Positions 8,674-17,255 of a stretch of 56,603 nt of DNA are shown piece by piece. A model generated the notes under the pieces. That model saw only the letters and a list, made by a program, of their open reading frames with translations. It did not search any database and was not told where the DNA came from. The stretch comes from Bacteroidota bacterium (lineage in GTDB: Bacteria > Bacteroidota > Bacteroidia > JABDFU01), in assembly GCA_013286805.1 (NCBI GenBank), contig JABDEY010000005.1, positions 1 to 56,603 on the forward strand, written 5' to 3'. Made by a program: the position numbers and the translations under genes. Each line of letters starts with the position of its first letter. The first letter of the stretch is position 1.

Positions 8674-9738
8674 ATGAATTCAATTGCCATATGGTATGAA
8701 CAAAACGGTAATGCCCCCGGAAATAGACCAGAGTTAGACCTTCATATAAATCATTGGAAACTTAAATTTAATAGAAGTTTTTGGGTTAGAAAATTACGTT
8801 CCCTTTCCACTAAAACAATTGGTCGGAAATGGGAGAGGTTTGTTTTCCAAAATAGCGATTATTTTATGGACTTGGGTCTTAAAATAAAAAATGGCGAAAA
8901 TGTTGAATCTGTTTGTATTTACGTTCCAAATAAATTTACAGACAAAAAAAAACTTGTTGCAGATTTAGGGACAAGACTCTCGGATAAAAGGTTAATTACT
9001 GCCGTTTTTAATGAGCCTTATAACACAACTACGGTAACAGATGGTAAATACTTTTCTGTTATTGAAAACTCTATACCCCTTTTCAATATATATATGCTTG
9101 ATATTGATTGTGACATCAATATTGAAAACAAATATCATGGAACAATTATAAAATTTCCTTTCAAGATTTTCAATAATTTGCCAACCTATTATAGATTTCG
9201 TCTTAAAGCGCCCTTTGTAAATAATTTAAGTTACTTTTTTAAACCCTCAAATTCGTTTTTAGAGAGCGTATATTCGAGTATAGAAATAATTGATTTCAGA
9301 ATTAATGACACCAGAAATCTCGATGTTTCATTAATTGAACATATAAATGAACAGCAAAAGTTTAATCTTGCTCTTGTTCATTATTTTGTAATGAGAAATG
9401 TTAAAGATGAATATGTGGTTTCAAATCAAAATATGAATGGAGTCCGGCAACTAGAAGATAAGACATGGACTTCTTATATAGATGATTCAGAGTATCTGTA
9501 TGAAAAATCGTTTGCGTATCATTTAAAGAGAAAAGCTTCTGAAATAGAAAGATCTGACAAACGTTTTATTGATGAGTTTAGTGCTGTCCTAAAGTTCAGG
9601 TTTGAAGATGGTAAACTCGTACGGTATATTGTTTTTGCAATTATATTAGCAATGCTGACAGAAGTATTTGGGAATGGGCTGTATGACCTTTGCAAGCCAT
9701 ATTTATTAAATATTTATCACTTTGTAATTGGCCATTAA
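8674..9738 (+). CDS. Hypothetical protein with a C-terminal transmembrane helix
   Basis: A 354-aa ORF 12 bp downstream of the PIN-GNAT gene, with hydrophobic YIVFAIILAMLTEVFG near the C-terminus. No family recognised. Confidence 0.75.
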   Translation: MNSIAIWYEQNGNAPGNRPELDLHINHWKLKFNRSFWVRKLRSLSTKTIGRKWERFVFQNSDYFMDLGLKIKNGENVESVCIYVPNKFTDKKKLVADLGTRLSDKRLITAVFNEPYNTTTVTDGKYFSVIENSIPLFNIYMLDIDCDINIENKYHGTIIKFPFKIFNNLPTYYRFRLKAPFVNNLSYFFKPSNSFLESVYSSIEIIDFRINDTRNLDVSLIEHINEQQKFNLALVHYFVMRNVKDEYVVSNQNMNGVRQLEDKTWTSYIDDSEYLYEKSFAYHLKRKASEIERSDKRFIDEFSAVLKFRFEDGKLVRYIVFAIILAMLTEVFGNGLYDLCKPYLLNIYHFVIGH

Positions 9739-9890
9739 ATAATAAAGGCTTGAGTTTCGCTCTCCAAAATGAAATGCCTTTATTTATTTGTAAACAACCA
9801 TAAACAGGCTATTTCCCATACTTTTATAGACACCCTTAGGGAAACATTTTCACATTCTACGAAAAACAAAAGCATTCGCGGGCCGACCGT

Positions 9891-10020
9891 CCACGATTGG
9901 TGTGAACCTGAATTTTTGCGGCCATGTGGCGTGAATTTGTGCGACAAGCAAAAGCTTCAGGTTGGCAATCGTGGGGCACTTTTCTTTGTTACTTTCTTTT
10001 GGGCAAACAAAAGAAAGTAA
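9891..10020. repeat. Structured intergenic element (long interrupted hairpin plus a 13-bp perfect hairpin)
   Basis: CCACGATTG (9891-9899) pairs with CAATCGTGG (9966-9974), with nested AACCTGAA/TTCAGGTT and TTTTGC/GCAAAA. TTACTTTCTTTTG (9989-10001) pairs with CAAAAGAAAGTAA (10008-10020). Confidence 0.65.
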
Positions 10021-10022
10021 GG

Positions 10023-10775
10023 CTATAGCATATTCAGCCTGCTCACCAACTCATCCTTATAAGATCCCCCGATCGGAATTTCCTTCTTCTCATCCTCCAG
10101 TATCAGCACATTGTGATCAATAGCCGTAATCTTATCAATCAGCACAATAAATGAACGGTGCACACGTATAAAGTCTTTAGCTGATAATTTCTCTTCAATG
10201 TTTTTCATGGTAGAAAGTACTGTGTACCGTGCATCTTTGGTATTGATAATCACATAATCCTTCAAAGCTTCAATAAAATAAATATCCTTGGTGCGTATTT
10301 TAACCATTTTTGAGTTTGACTTGACAAATACAACTCCCCTGGTTTCTTTGCCTTCTACAAGGGCGTAAAGCAGATCTCTTTCTTTCTTAATTTCCTTGTC
10401 TTTTCCGTGCTTGTACATGGCCAGTTCAATGGCAGTATGAATATCCACTTCCTTGAAGGGTTTAATAATATAGCCGTGGGGTTGAGTTTCCTTTGCTTTG
10501 TTAACCGTCTGTTCATCAGCGTATGCAGTAAGGTAGATAACAGGAATATCAAAAATATTTTTTATTTCGGCGGCGGCTTCTACGCCACTCATGGCACCTT
10601 TTAACATAATATCCATCAGTACCAGGTCGGGCTGGGATTCTGCAATTAACTGAAGCGCCTGTTCTCCGCTGTTGGTCATGCCTGTTACAGAATAACCCAT
10701 TTTTTTCAGGCTGTTTTGTATGTCTTTTGCGACGATGTTCTCATCTTCTACTATTAATATGCTTGGCTTATTCAT
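10023..10775 (-). CDS. REC-LytTR response regulator
   Basis: ILIVEDE, DLVLMDI, YLTAY and IKPF receiver motifs; LytTR segment IEALKDYV...FIRVHRSFIV...IPIGGSYK. Confidence 0.92.
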   Translation of the reverse strand: MNKPSILIVEDENIVAKDIQNSLKKMGYSVTGMTNSGEQALQLIAESQPDLVLMDIMLKGAMSGVEAAAEIKNIFDIPVIYLTAYADEQTVNKAKETQPHGYIIKPFKEVDIHTAIELAMYKHGKDKEIKKERDLLYALVEGKETRGVVFVKSNSKMVKIRTKDIYFIEALKDYVIINTKDARYTVLSTMKNIEEKLSAKDFIRVHRSFIVLIDKITAIDHNVLILEDEKKEIPIGGSYKDELVSRLNML

Positions 10776-10781
10776 TTTTTA

Positions 10782-12230
10782 TCAGTTTAATGATCGTTTA
10801 TTAAATTCAATTGTAAATCTTGCTCCTTTCTTATTTTCCAGTCTAATAGTTCCTTTCAGCTGACTCACAAGCAACATAACTAATTGTAATCCAAGTGTCT
10901 GTGTTGATTTGAAATTCAAGCCACCTTTTAATCCAGAACCATCATCGGCTATAATAAGTTGAACATTTTCATTCTTGTCAACTTTTACGTTAACGGTTAT
11001 AATGCCTTTTGTTTTTTTAGTAAACGCGTATTTCAATGAATTCGACATTAATTCATTGATAATCAACCCACAGGGAATTGCCTGATCTAAGTTAAGAAAA
11101 ATTATGCTTGTTTCCTGTTTTAGGCTGATTTTTTTTCCTTTAGGCTTAAATGAATACAAGAGATTAGTTGAAATATTATGTATGTATTCTGATAAATTTA
11201 CGCTTGTAAAATCCTTGGTTTGATATAAGCTTTCATGAATAAAGGACATCGCTTTGATCCGATTCTGGCTTTCTTTCAAAATATCCAGCGTTTTCTTGTC
11301 TGCCACATAAGATGATTGCAAATTAAGAATGCTGGAGATAACCTGAAGATTATTCTTAACCCGGTGGTGAACTTCTTTCAGAAGTACCTCTTTCTCCTTA
11401 AGCGACTGTTTTAATTTTTCCTCTGCCTTTTTTTGCTCCTGGTTTTCTAAAGACAATTTTTCCACATCCTTTCTCGTCGAAAGATCCCTGAATGTCACAA
11501 CTCTGGCTGTCCTGTTATTGTAAATGATTTCCTTCCCAATATACTCGCAAAAAATTTTTGCACCTGTACGGGGTTTAATAAATATTTCAAATGCACCTTC
11601 TCTTTTTTCCCGAATGTTCTTTTTAACAAATTTCGCAGTTTCTTTGTCCAGCAAATCAAAAATTTCTTTTCCTATAAATTCAGGCTCGTCATATTTAAAT
11701 AGCTTATAAGCAGCGTGGTTAGCTTCAACAATAATCCCATCCTCATGAATGACTATTCCTTCGGAAGTTGCATCCGACAACTTTTTGTATCGTTCACTTA
11801 CTTCTTTTAATTTACGCTCTACGATTCTGCGTCCGGACACATCCCTGAATACAATTACACGGGCCATTTCCCCGTTATAGATAGTCGTTTTTGCAACAAT
11901 TTCGCAGACAACCCTGCTTCCGCTTTTTGTCCGCACATTTAATTCATAATTATTTTCATCTTTCCGGGTAACGGTAGCAGCAATATGCTCCAGCTCCTTA
12001 CGGTCAACAAAATCTGAAATGTTCTTGCCCATAAAATCTGCTTTTTCAAATCCCAAAATGAAACATGCTGCCGGATTAACTTCTTTGATCACCAGGTTTT
12101 GGTGTATGATAATTCCTTCGGAAGATATTTCTGAAAATTTCATATACCATTCCTCCATCTGGTCAATTGTAAATTGGAGTCTTGTTATTTCATCTTCCAG
12201 TTCTGCTCTTGTTTTTTCTTCCGAAAGCAT
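10782..12230 (-). CDS. Cytoplasmic PAS-PAS HisKA_2 sensor histidine kinase
   Basis: Two PAS repeats (SEGIIIH...EVN / SEGIVIH...EAN), H-box EVHHRVKNNLQ, and HATPase motifs NELMSNSLKYAF, DDGSG, TLGLQLV. No transmembrane segment. Confidence 0.92.
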   Translation of the reverse strand: MLSEEKTRAELEDEITRLQFTIDQMEEWYMKFSEISSEGIIIHQNLVIKEVNPAACFILGFEKADFMGKNISDFVDRKELEHIAATVTRKDENNYELNVRTKSGSRVVCEIVAKTTIYNGEMARVIVFRDVSGRRIVERKLKEVSERYKKLSDATSEGIVIHEDGIIVEANHAAYKLFKYDEPEFIGKEIFDLLDKETAKFVKKNIREKREGAFEIFIKPRTGAKIFCEYIGKEIIYNNRTARVVTFRDLSTRKDVEKLSLENQEQKKAEEKLKQSLKEKEVLLKEVHHRVKNNLQVISSILNLQSSYVADKKTLDILKESQNRIKAMSFIHESLYQTKDFTSVNLSEYIHNISTNLLYSFKPKGKKISLKQETSIIFLNLDQAIPCGLIINELMSNSLKYAFTKKTKGIITVNVKVDKNENVQLIIADDGSGLKGGLNFKSTQTLGLQLVMLLVSQLKGTIRLENKKGARFTIEFNKRSLN

Positions 12231-12234
12231 TGTT

Positions 12235-13800
12235 TTACTTTTTATCAGGTTTATCCGTTTCTTCCTGAGTAGGTTTCACTTTCACCCCGTCAAATTTTAA
12301 TTCAACATCATCCTGGTATAAAATGGTCAGCAACTTAACGCCGGCTTCATCGAAATATTCCCAGTTTCCTTCTTTTCTCCCCACTATGTATTTTCCCTGT
12401 TCACTTATTTTCCCGTTCTGGTAATAATAGACATGTTTACCATCCTGATTTCCATCCACAAAATTACCCTCAAAACGAATTTTTCCACTGGGTGTGTAAA
12501 AATGCTTCCAGACACCATCTCTTCTGTCAGCCTTGTATTTTCCGGTTTCTTTATAATCACCAAGTTCATATTCCCATTCGTCTTCTTTCATGCCATCCAC
12601 ATACTGTCCTTTGGTTATTACCTTTCCTTCCTCATCATATTCCGTGGTTGGTCCATCCAATACATCGTTCAGGTAAATTTCCTCTCTTAACAATTTTCCT
12701 GTATCATAATACCATTTCCACTCGTTTTGGGCAAGTCCTTTTTTATCATATTTCCCTTTTTGCTCAAGTTTACCATTGGGATAATAAAACACCCACTCTC
12801 CAATGCGTTTTCCGTCTTTGTATTCTCCCTGTCCTTTTAGCTGCCCGTTTGGATGGTATTCCTTCCAGGGACCCTGTTCTTTGTTATATTCATCATAAAT
12901 ACCCTCTCCGATCAGGAATCCCTCTTTGTAAATTTTAGCAGCGGTTACTTTTCCATCCATTGAAAATTCCCTGTAAGCGCCTTCCGGACTCCCATTTTTG
13001 TAGGTCCCTGAAGATTTTACAATTCCGCCCTCGTAATACTCAATTTTTGTATCCAGCTTAGCCAGTTCGGGAGCATCGGTTATGAGTTTTCCATCCACAT
13101 ACTTAGTTGTATTCTGCAGATTTCCGTTGAGCGAATATTCTTTCAGGTAACCATCCTGCATTCCATTCAGCCAGGTGCATTCATTTTTCAGGTTTCCATT
13201 TGTATAAAATTCCTTCCACACATTTTGTTTCAATCCGTCTTTATCCCTTCTGTTTATTTTTTCCTGTCTTTTAATAAAACCAGCTTTATAATCAATCAGT
13301 GTAATAATTGTACCGATGGTGTCATATTCATATCCCTGGCCTTCTTCCCGGCCATCTTTAAAAGGTATCAACTGCTTTGTTTTCCCGTTTTTATAATACA
13401 AATACGTATTCTGTTGTTTCACATCATTGATATAATTTTCCTCTGACACTAAATATTTTTCCTTTGCATCGTAATTTTTTCTTGCTCCGTTCTTCTTCCC
13501 GTTTTTATAGTAATACTCCAATACCAGCGTACCCTGATCGTTATAAAATTTCCATACACTATCCAGTTGAAAAGCTTTTCTATTGCCTTCTGATTTTATT
13601 TTACCATTATCAAAATAGGTTTTCCAGTAACCATCCGGTTTGCCATCCTTCATGGTACCCTCGCTGGAAATTGTCCCGTTGTCATACAGAAATTTTGTAT
13701 AACCATTTTGTACTGGTTCATCCTGCTGGGAATAAAGGCTTGAAAAAAAGCACAGGCAAAATAGCAGGATTGAAAAACATCTATTTTTAATGAATTTCAT
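12235..13800 (-). CDS. Secreted MORN-variant repeat protein (YwqK-like repeats)
   Basis: Signal peptide followed by many G-x-W-K-x-Y-Y-x-N-G-K-L repeats. Confidence 0.85.
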   Translation of the reverse strand: MKFIKNRCFSILLFCLCFFSSLYSQQDEPVQNGYTKFLYDNGTISSEGTMKDGKPDGYWKTYFDNGKIKSEGNRKAFQLDSVWKFYNDQGTLVLEYYYKNGKKNGARKNYDAKEKYLVSEENYINDVKQQNTYLYYKNGKTKQLIPFKDGREEGQGYEYDTIGTIITLIDYKAGFIKRQEKINRRDKDGLKQNVWKEFYTNGNLKNECTWLNGMQDGYLKEYSLNGNLQNTTKYVDGKLITDAPELAKLDTKIEYYEGGIVKSSGTYKNGSPEGAYREFSMDGKVTAAKIYKEGFLIGEGIYDEYNKEQGPWKEYHPNGQLKGQGEYKDGKRIGEWVFYYPNGKLEQKGKYDKKGLAQNEWKWYYDTGKLLREEIYLNDVLDGPTTEYDEEGKVITKGQYVDGMKEDEWEYELGDYKETGKYKADRRDGVWKHFYTPSGKIRFEGNFVDGNQDGKHVYYYQNGKISEQGKYIVGRKEGNWEYFDEAGVKLLTILYQDDVELKFDGVKVKPTQEETDKPDKK

Positions 13801-14774
13801 CTACTAAGTTCCAACATTTTTATAATTGGTTTACGGGCCCGGTTCATAAGTTCAACAGGCATGTTTATTTCCGGTTGTTCATATTTCAGACAAACATATA
13901 ATTTTTCAAGTGTATTTAATTTCATGTGCGGGCAATCATTACAGGCACAATTGGTAGCAGGGGCTGCCGGAATAAATGTTTTTTCAGGACTTGCTTTTTG
14001 CATTTGATGCAGAATGCCTGCTTCAGTAACCACAATAAATTCCCGGGCTTTATTTTTAATGGTAAAATTTAATAATGCAGTTGTGCTGCCCGTAAAATCA
14101 GCCTGTTCAAGTATCTCTGTTTCGCATTCCGGATGAGCTATTACCAATGCATTTGGATTTTTTTCCTTTGCCCTGATCAGTTGACCTAAAGAAAATAATT
14201 CGTGTACCATGCAGGCTCCGTTCCATAAAACCATATTTCTGCCGGTTTTTTTAGAAATCCAGGCTCCCAGATTTTTATCTGGTGCAAATATAATCTTCTG
14301 ATTTTTTGCTAAACTATTTACAATTTTTTCCGCATTACTGGATGTAACTACAATATCCGTTAAAGCTTTAACCTCTGCGGAGCAATTTACGTACGAAATA
14401 ACGATGTGTTCCGGATGGCTTTTTATAAAAGTTTCAAACTTCTCTGAGGGGCAGGAATCTGCCAGTGAACATCCTGCACGTAAATCGGGTAATAATACTT
14501 TTTTGGATGGGGAAAGTATTTTTGCTGTTTCAGCCATAAAATGTACTCCCGCAAAAACAATAATAGCTGCATTTGTTTTTGCAGCTTCCTGAGATAATCC
14601 AAGGCTATCTCCGATATAATCGGCGCAATCCTGAATATCTGAGTCCTGATAATAGTGCGCAAGAATGATTGCATTTTTTTCTTTTTTCAGTTTACGAATC
14701 TCTGTAAATAAATCCAGATTTGCATCCACTTCTTTTTCTAACCAACCTTTTTCTTTTAACACAGAATACTGCAT
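13797..14774 (-). CDS. nadA: Quinolinate synthase A
   Basis: ILAHYYQ, GDSLGLS and [12 protein letters not shown] motifs; three Fe-S cysteines (GCSLA, GACMVHE, DCPHMK); AHPEC. Confidence 0.97.
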   Translation of the reverse strand: MQYSVLKEKGWLEKEVDANLDLFTEIRKLKKEKNAIILAHYYQDSDIQDCADYIGDSLGLSQEAAKTNAAIIVFAGVHFMAETAKILSPSKKVLLPDLRAGCSLADSCPSEKFETFIKSHPEHIVISYVNCSAEVKALTDIVVTSSNAEKIVNSLAKNQKIIFAPDKNLGAWISKKTGRNMVLWNGACMVHELFSLGQLIRAKEKNPNALVIAHPECETEILEQADFTGSTTALLNFTIKNKAREFIVVTEAGILHQMQKASPEKTFIPAAPATNCACNDCPHMKLNTLEKLYVCLKYEQPEINMPVELMNRARKPIIKMLELSR

Positions 14775-15197
14775 TATATATTTAATTTTTTTAAATTGAT
14801 TATTTATATAGATATAATAGATTTGTTAGTTCTGTTGAAAAAAAGAATCTATCCTAAAAGTTTAGTTCGATAATTGTGTTTGACCCTGAGTTATGAACAC
14901 AGCAATTAATAATAAATAGTTGAGCTGTATATAGTTACGTAGTTATTAGTTTACTGTATAACTCTTAGTGTTAATTACAAGTTATTATTTTTAGTGTTAA
15001 TACTGTTCATTAACTGTTGGGTTTAACATATTAATAATGTAATAATAATTTCTTAATGTGGATTTAATGTATGCTTTAACAATTTAAGTTTATATCCAAG
15101 TAATTTGTTATATTAGTTAATAACAGGTATTTTTTTAATTCACAGTCTAACTGTTGATAAAATTAACAATACTTTTACAGTAATTACCTGATTTGAT
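14775..15197. other. Candidate replication origin oriC
   Basis: 423-bp very AT-rich divergent intergenic region with DnaA-box-like 9-mers: TGTTGAAAA 14833, TTATGAACA 14891, TGTTAATTA 14969, TGTTAATAC 14995, TGTTCATTA 15004, TGTGGATTT 15057, TTAATAACA 15117, TAATTCACA 15136, TGTTGATAA 15152. parS sites occur in the same window. Confidence 0.6.
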
Positions 15198-15644
15198 ATG
15201 AATAAAACAATAAGTATTGCCATTGGATGTGACCACGCAGGTTTTCAGTTAAAAGAGAAATTGAAACAGCATTTATTGGGAAAGGGCTATTCCGTAAAGG
15301 ATTTTGGTGCTTATTCTGAAGAAAGGGTTGATTATCCTGATTTTGCTCATCAGGTTGCCATTGCTGTTGAGAATGAAGAATTTGATTTTGGTCTGTTAAT
15401 GTGCGGCAGTGGTAATGGTATTAACATGACTGCTAACAGACATAAAGGGATACGTTCTGCGCTTTGCTGGAACTCAGAAATAGCTAAATTGGCCCGCCAG
15501 CACAACGACGCAAACATTTTGGCTTTACCCGCTCGTTTTATTGAAGTAAATGAAGCAATCGCCTGTCTGGATATTTTTCTGACAACGAAATTTGAAGGCG
15601 GAAGACATACAGACCGGATAAATAAGATAGACCTGGAATGTTAA
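15198..15644 (+). CDS. rpiB: Ribose-5-phosphate isomerase B
   Basis: IAIGCDHAG, DYPDFA, CGSGNG, ARQHNDAN and FEGGRH motifs. Confidence 0.97.
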   Translation: MNKTISIAIGCDHAGFQLKEKLKQHLLGKGYSVKDFGAYSEERVDYPDFAHQVAIAVENEEFDFGLLMCGSGNGINMTANRHKGIRSALCWNSEIAKLARQHNDANILALPARFIEVNEAIACLDIFLTTKFEGGRHTDRINKIDLEC

Positions 15645-17254
15645 AAATTAAGTTAGTTAATAATGGTTGCTTCCAGAAAATACTTTTATTCCAGGCCATT
15701 ATCTTTTTACTATCAGGAAGCCTGTCACTTCTCTTTTCTCAAAACCAGGAGACCTTCCTGAAAAATAAATATGCTTTAGTCATTTCAGCCGAAAACCTTA
15801 AAAAACACCTTTATATTTTAGCTTCGGATGCTTATGAGGGACGTGAAACAGGTGAAAAAGGCCAGAAAATGGCCGCTGATTACATTTCAGCCCAGTTCAA
15901 AATGACTGGGGTTAGTCCTGGTGCAAGTGATACTGCTTATTTTCAGCGATTTCCAATGGATGTACAATATGATAAGAGTACTTCCATTAGCCTGAATAAT
16001 AAGGAATACAATTTAAATACGGATTACCTCGCTTTCTATGGCTTAACTGCCCAGAAAGTTGAAACAAAAGATGTCGTGTTTGCGGGATATGGAATCGAAG
16101 ACGTAAATTATTCCGATTATAAAAAGGTGAAAGTCAGTAATAAGGTAGTTTTGATTCTGGATGGTGAACCAATGTCAAAAGACTCTTTCTGCTTTGTTTC
16201 AAAATCAAAAAATCATTCAGACTGGTCCTTTAATTACAGGAAAAAAGAAGAATTGGCCAGAAAAAAGAATGCAACCGCCCTGCTAGTAGTTGTGAATAAT
16301 ATTGACTCGGCTTATAAACAGTACAAACACAGGATTATTTCAAAAAGCATAAAAATTAAATCTTCTGCCTCTTCCGGAAAAGAAAAAATCCCAGTGATTT
16401 TTATTTCGAAGCAATTGGCGAATGCAATAATTGCTAAACCCAATTCAGGCATTGATAAATTGGAAAGGGAAATAGCAAAAAAGAAGAATACAATAAGCAC
16501 TGTATTTTCTGCTCACCTCGAAATAACAATCAGCATAAAAGAAAAATCACTGACTTCTGAAAATGTTTTGGGATACATAGAAGGAACGGATCGTAAAGAT
16601 GAATTAGTTGTTATTACGGCTCATTATGATCATTTAGGAATTGAATCAGGCCGTATTTTTAATGGTGCTGACGATGACGGATCGGGCACCGCTGCTGTTA
16701 TAGAACTCGCAGAAGCTTTCGCCAGGGCCAGGAAAGAGGGATATGGCCCGCGCAGAAGCATGTTGTTCATGACGCTGGCTGGTGAAGAAAAGGGTTTATT
16801 GGGATCTGAATACTATACAGACAATCCGGTTTATCCTTTAAAAAATACGGTAGCCGATCTGAATATTGATATGATAGGCCGTATTGATGAAAAACACAAG
16901 GATACGATTAATTACATTTATATTATTGGATCAGATAAACTGAGCGCTGAATTGCACAGGATCAATGAGGAGCAAAACAGGCAATTTAGCCGTTTAAAAT
17001 TAGATTATACCTATAACAGTGATTCTGATCCAAACAGGTATTACTATCGTTCAGATCATTATAATTTTGCCAAACATGCTATCCCTGTTATTTTTTATTT
17101 TAACGGCACCCATGAAGATTATCACAAGGAAACAGATAAAGTGAACAAAATTAATTTTGATCTGTTGGAAAAACGGGCCAGGCTGGTGTTCTATACAGCT
17201 TGGGAGCTGGCCAATAGAAATGATCGCGTTAAATTGGACCTAAAACAACAATAA
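15638..17254 (+). CDS. M28 family aminopeptidase with PA domain
   Basis: AHYDHLG, NGADDDGSG, GEEKGLLGS, NIDMIGR, RSDHYNF and YH motifs; PA insert VVFAGYGI. Confidence 0.92.
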   Translation: MLKIKLVNNGCFQKILLFQAIIFLLSGSLSLLFSQNQETFLKNKYALVISAENLKKHLYILASDAYEGRETGEKGQKMAADYISAQFKMTGVSPGASDTAYFQRFPMDVQYDKSTSISLNNKEYNLNTDYLAFYGLTAQKVETKDVVFAGYGIEDVNYSDYKKVKVSNKVVLILDGEPMSKDSFCFVSKSKNHSDWSFNYRKKEELARKKNATALLVVVNNIDSAYKQYKHRIISKSIKIKSSASSGKEKIPVIFISKQLANAIIAKPNSGIDKLEREIAKKKNTISTVFSAHLEITISIKEKSLTSENVLGYIEGTDRKDELVVITAHYDHLGIESGRIFNGADDDGSGTAAVIELAEAFARARKEGYGPRRSMLFMTLAGEEKGLLGSEYYTDNPVYPLKNTVADLNIDMIGRIDEKHKDTINYIYIIGSDKLSAELHRINEEQNRQFSRLKLDYTYNSDSDPNRYYYRSDHYNFAKHAIPVIFYFNGTHEDYHKETDKVNKINFDLLEKRARLVFYTAWELANRNDRVKLDLKQQ

Positions 17255-17255
17255 A

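Larger units (their letters stand above)
5300..9770. mobile_element. AT-rich accessory island (no mobility gene seen; boundaries approximate)
   Basis: Visibly more AT-rich than the flanking core genes and carries defence-island-type genes. No integrase, transposase or att repeat was found. Confidence 0.5.

Noticed and set aside
9769-10020. 83-aa ORF ending GALFFVTFFWANKRK
   Set aside because: Its 3' half is just the translation of the hairpin element, and it has no protein-like features.
12235-13800. Toxin-antitoxin interpretation of the YwqK-like protein
   Set aside because: No adjacent toxin. It is a signal-peptide MORN-repeat protein in a housekeeping operon.
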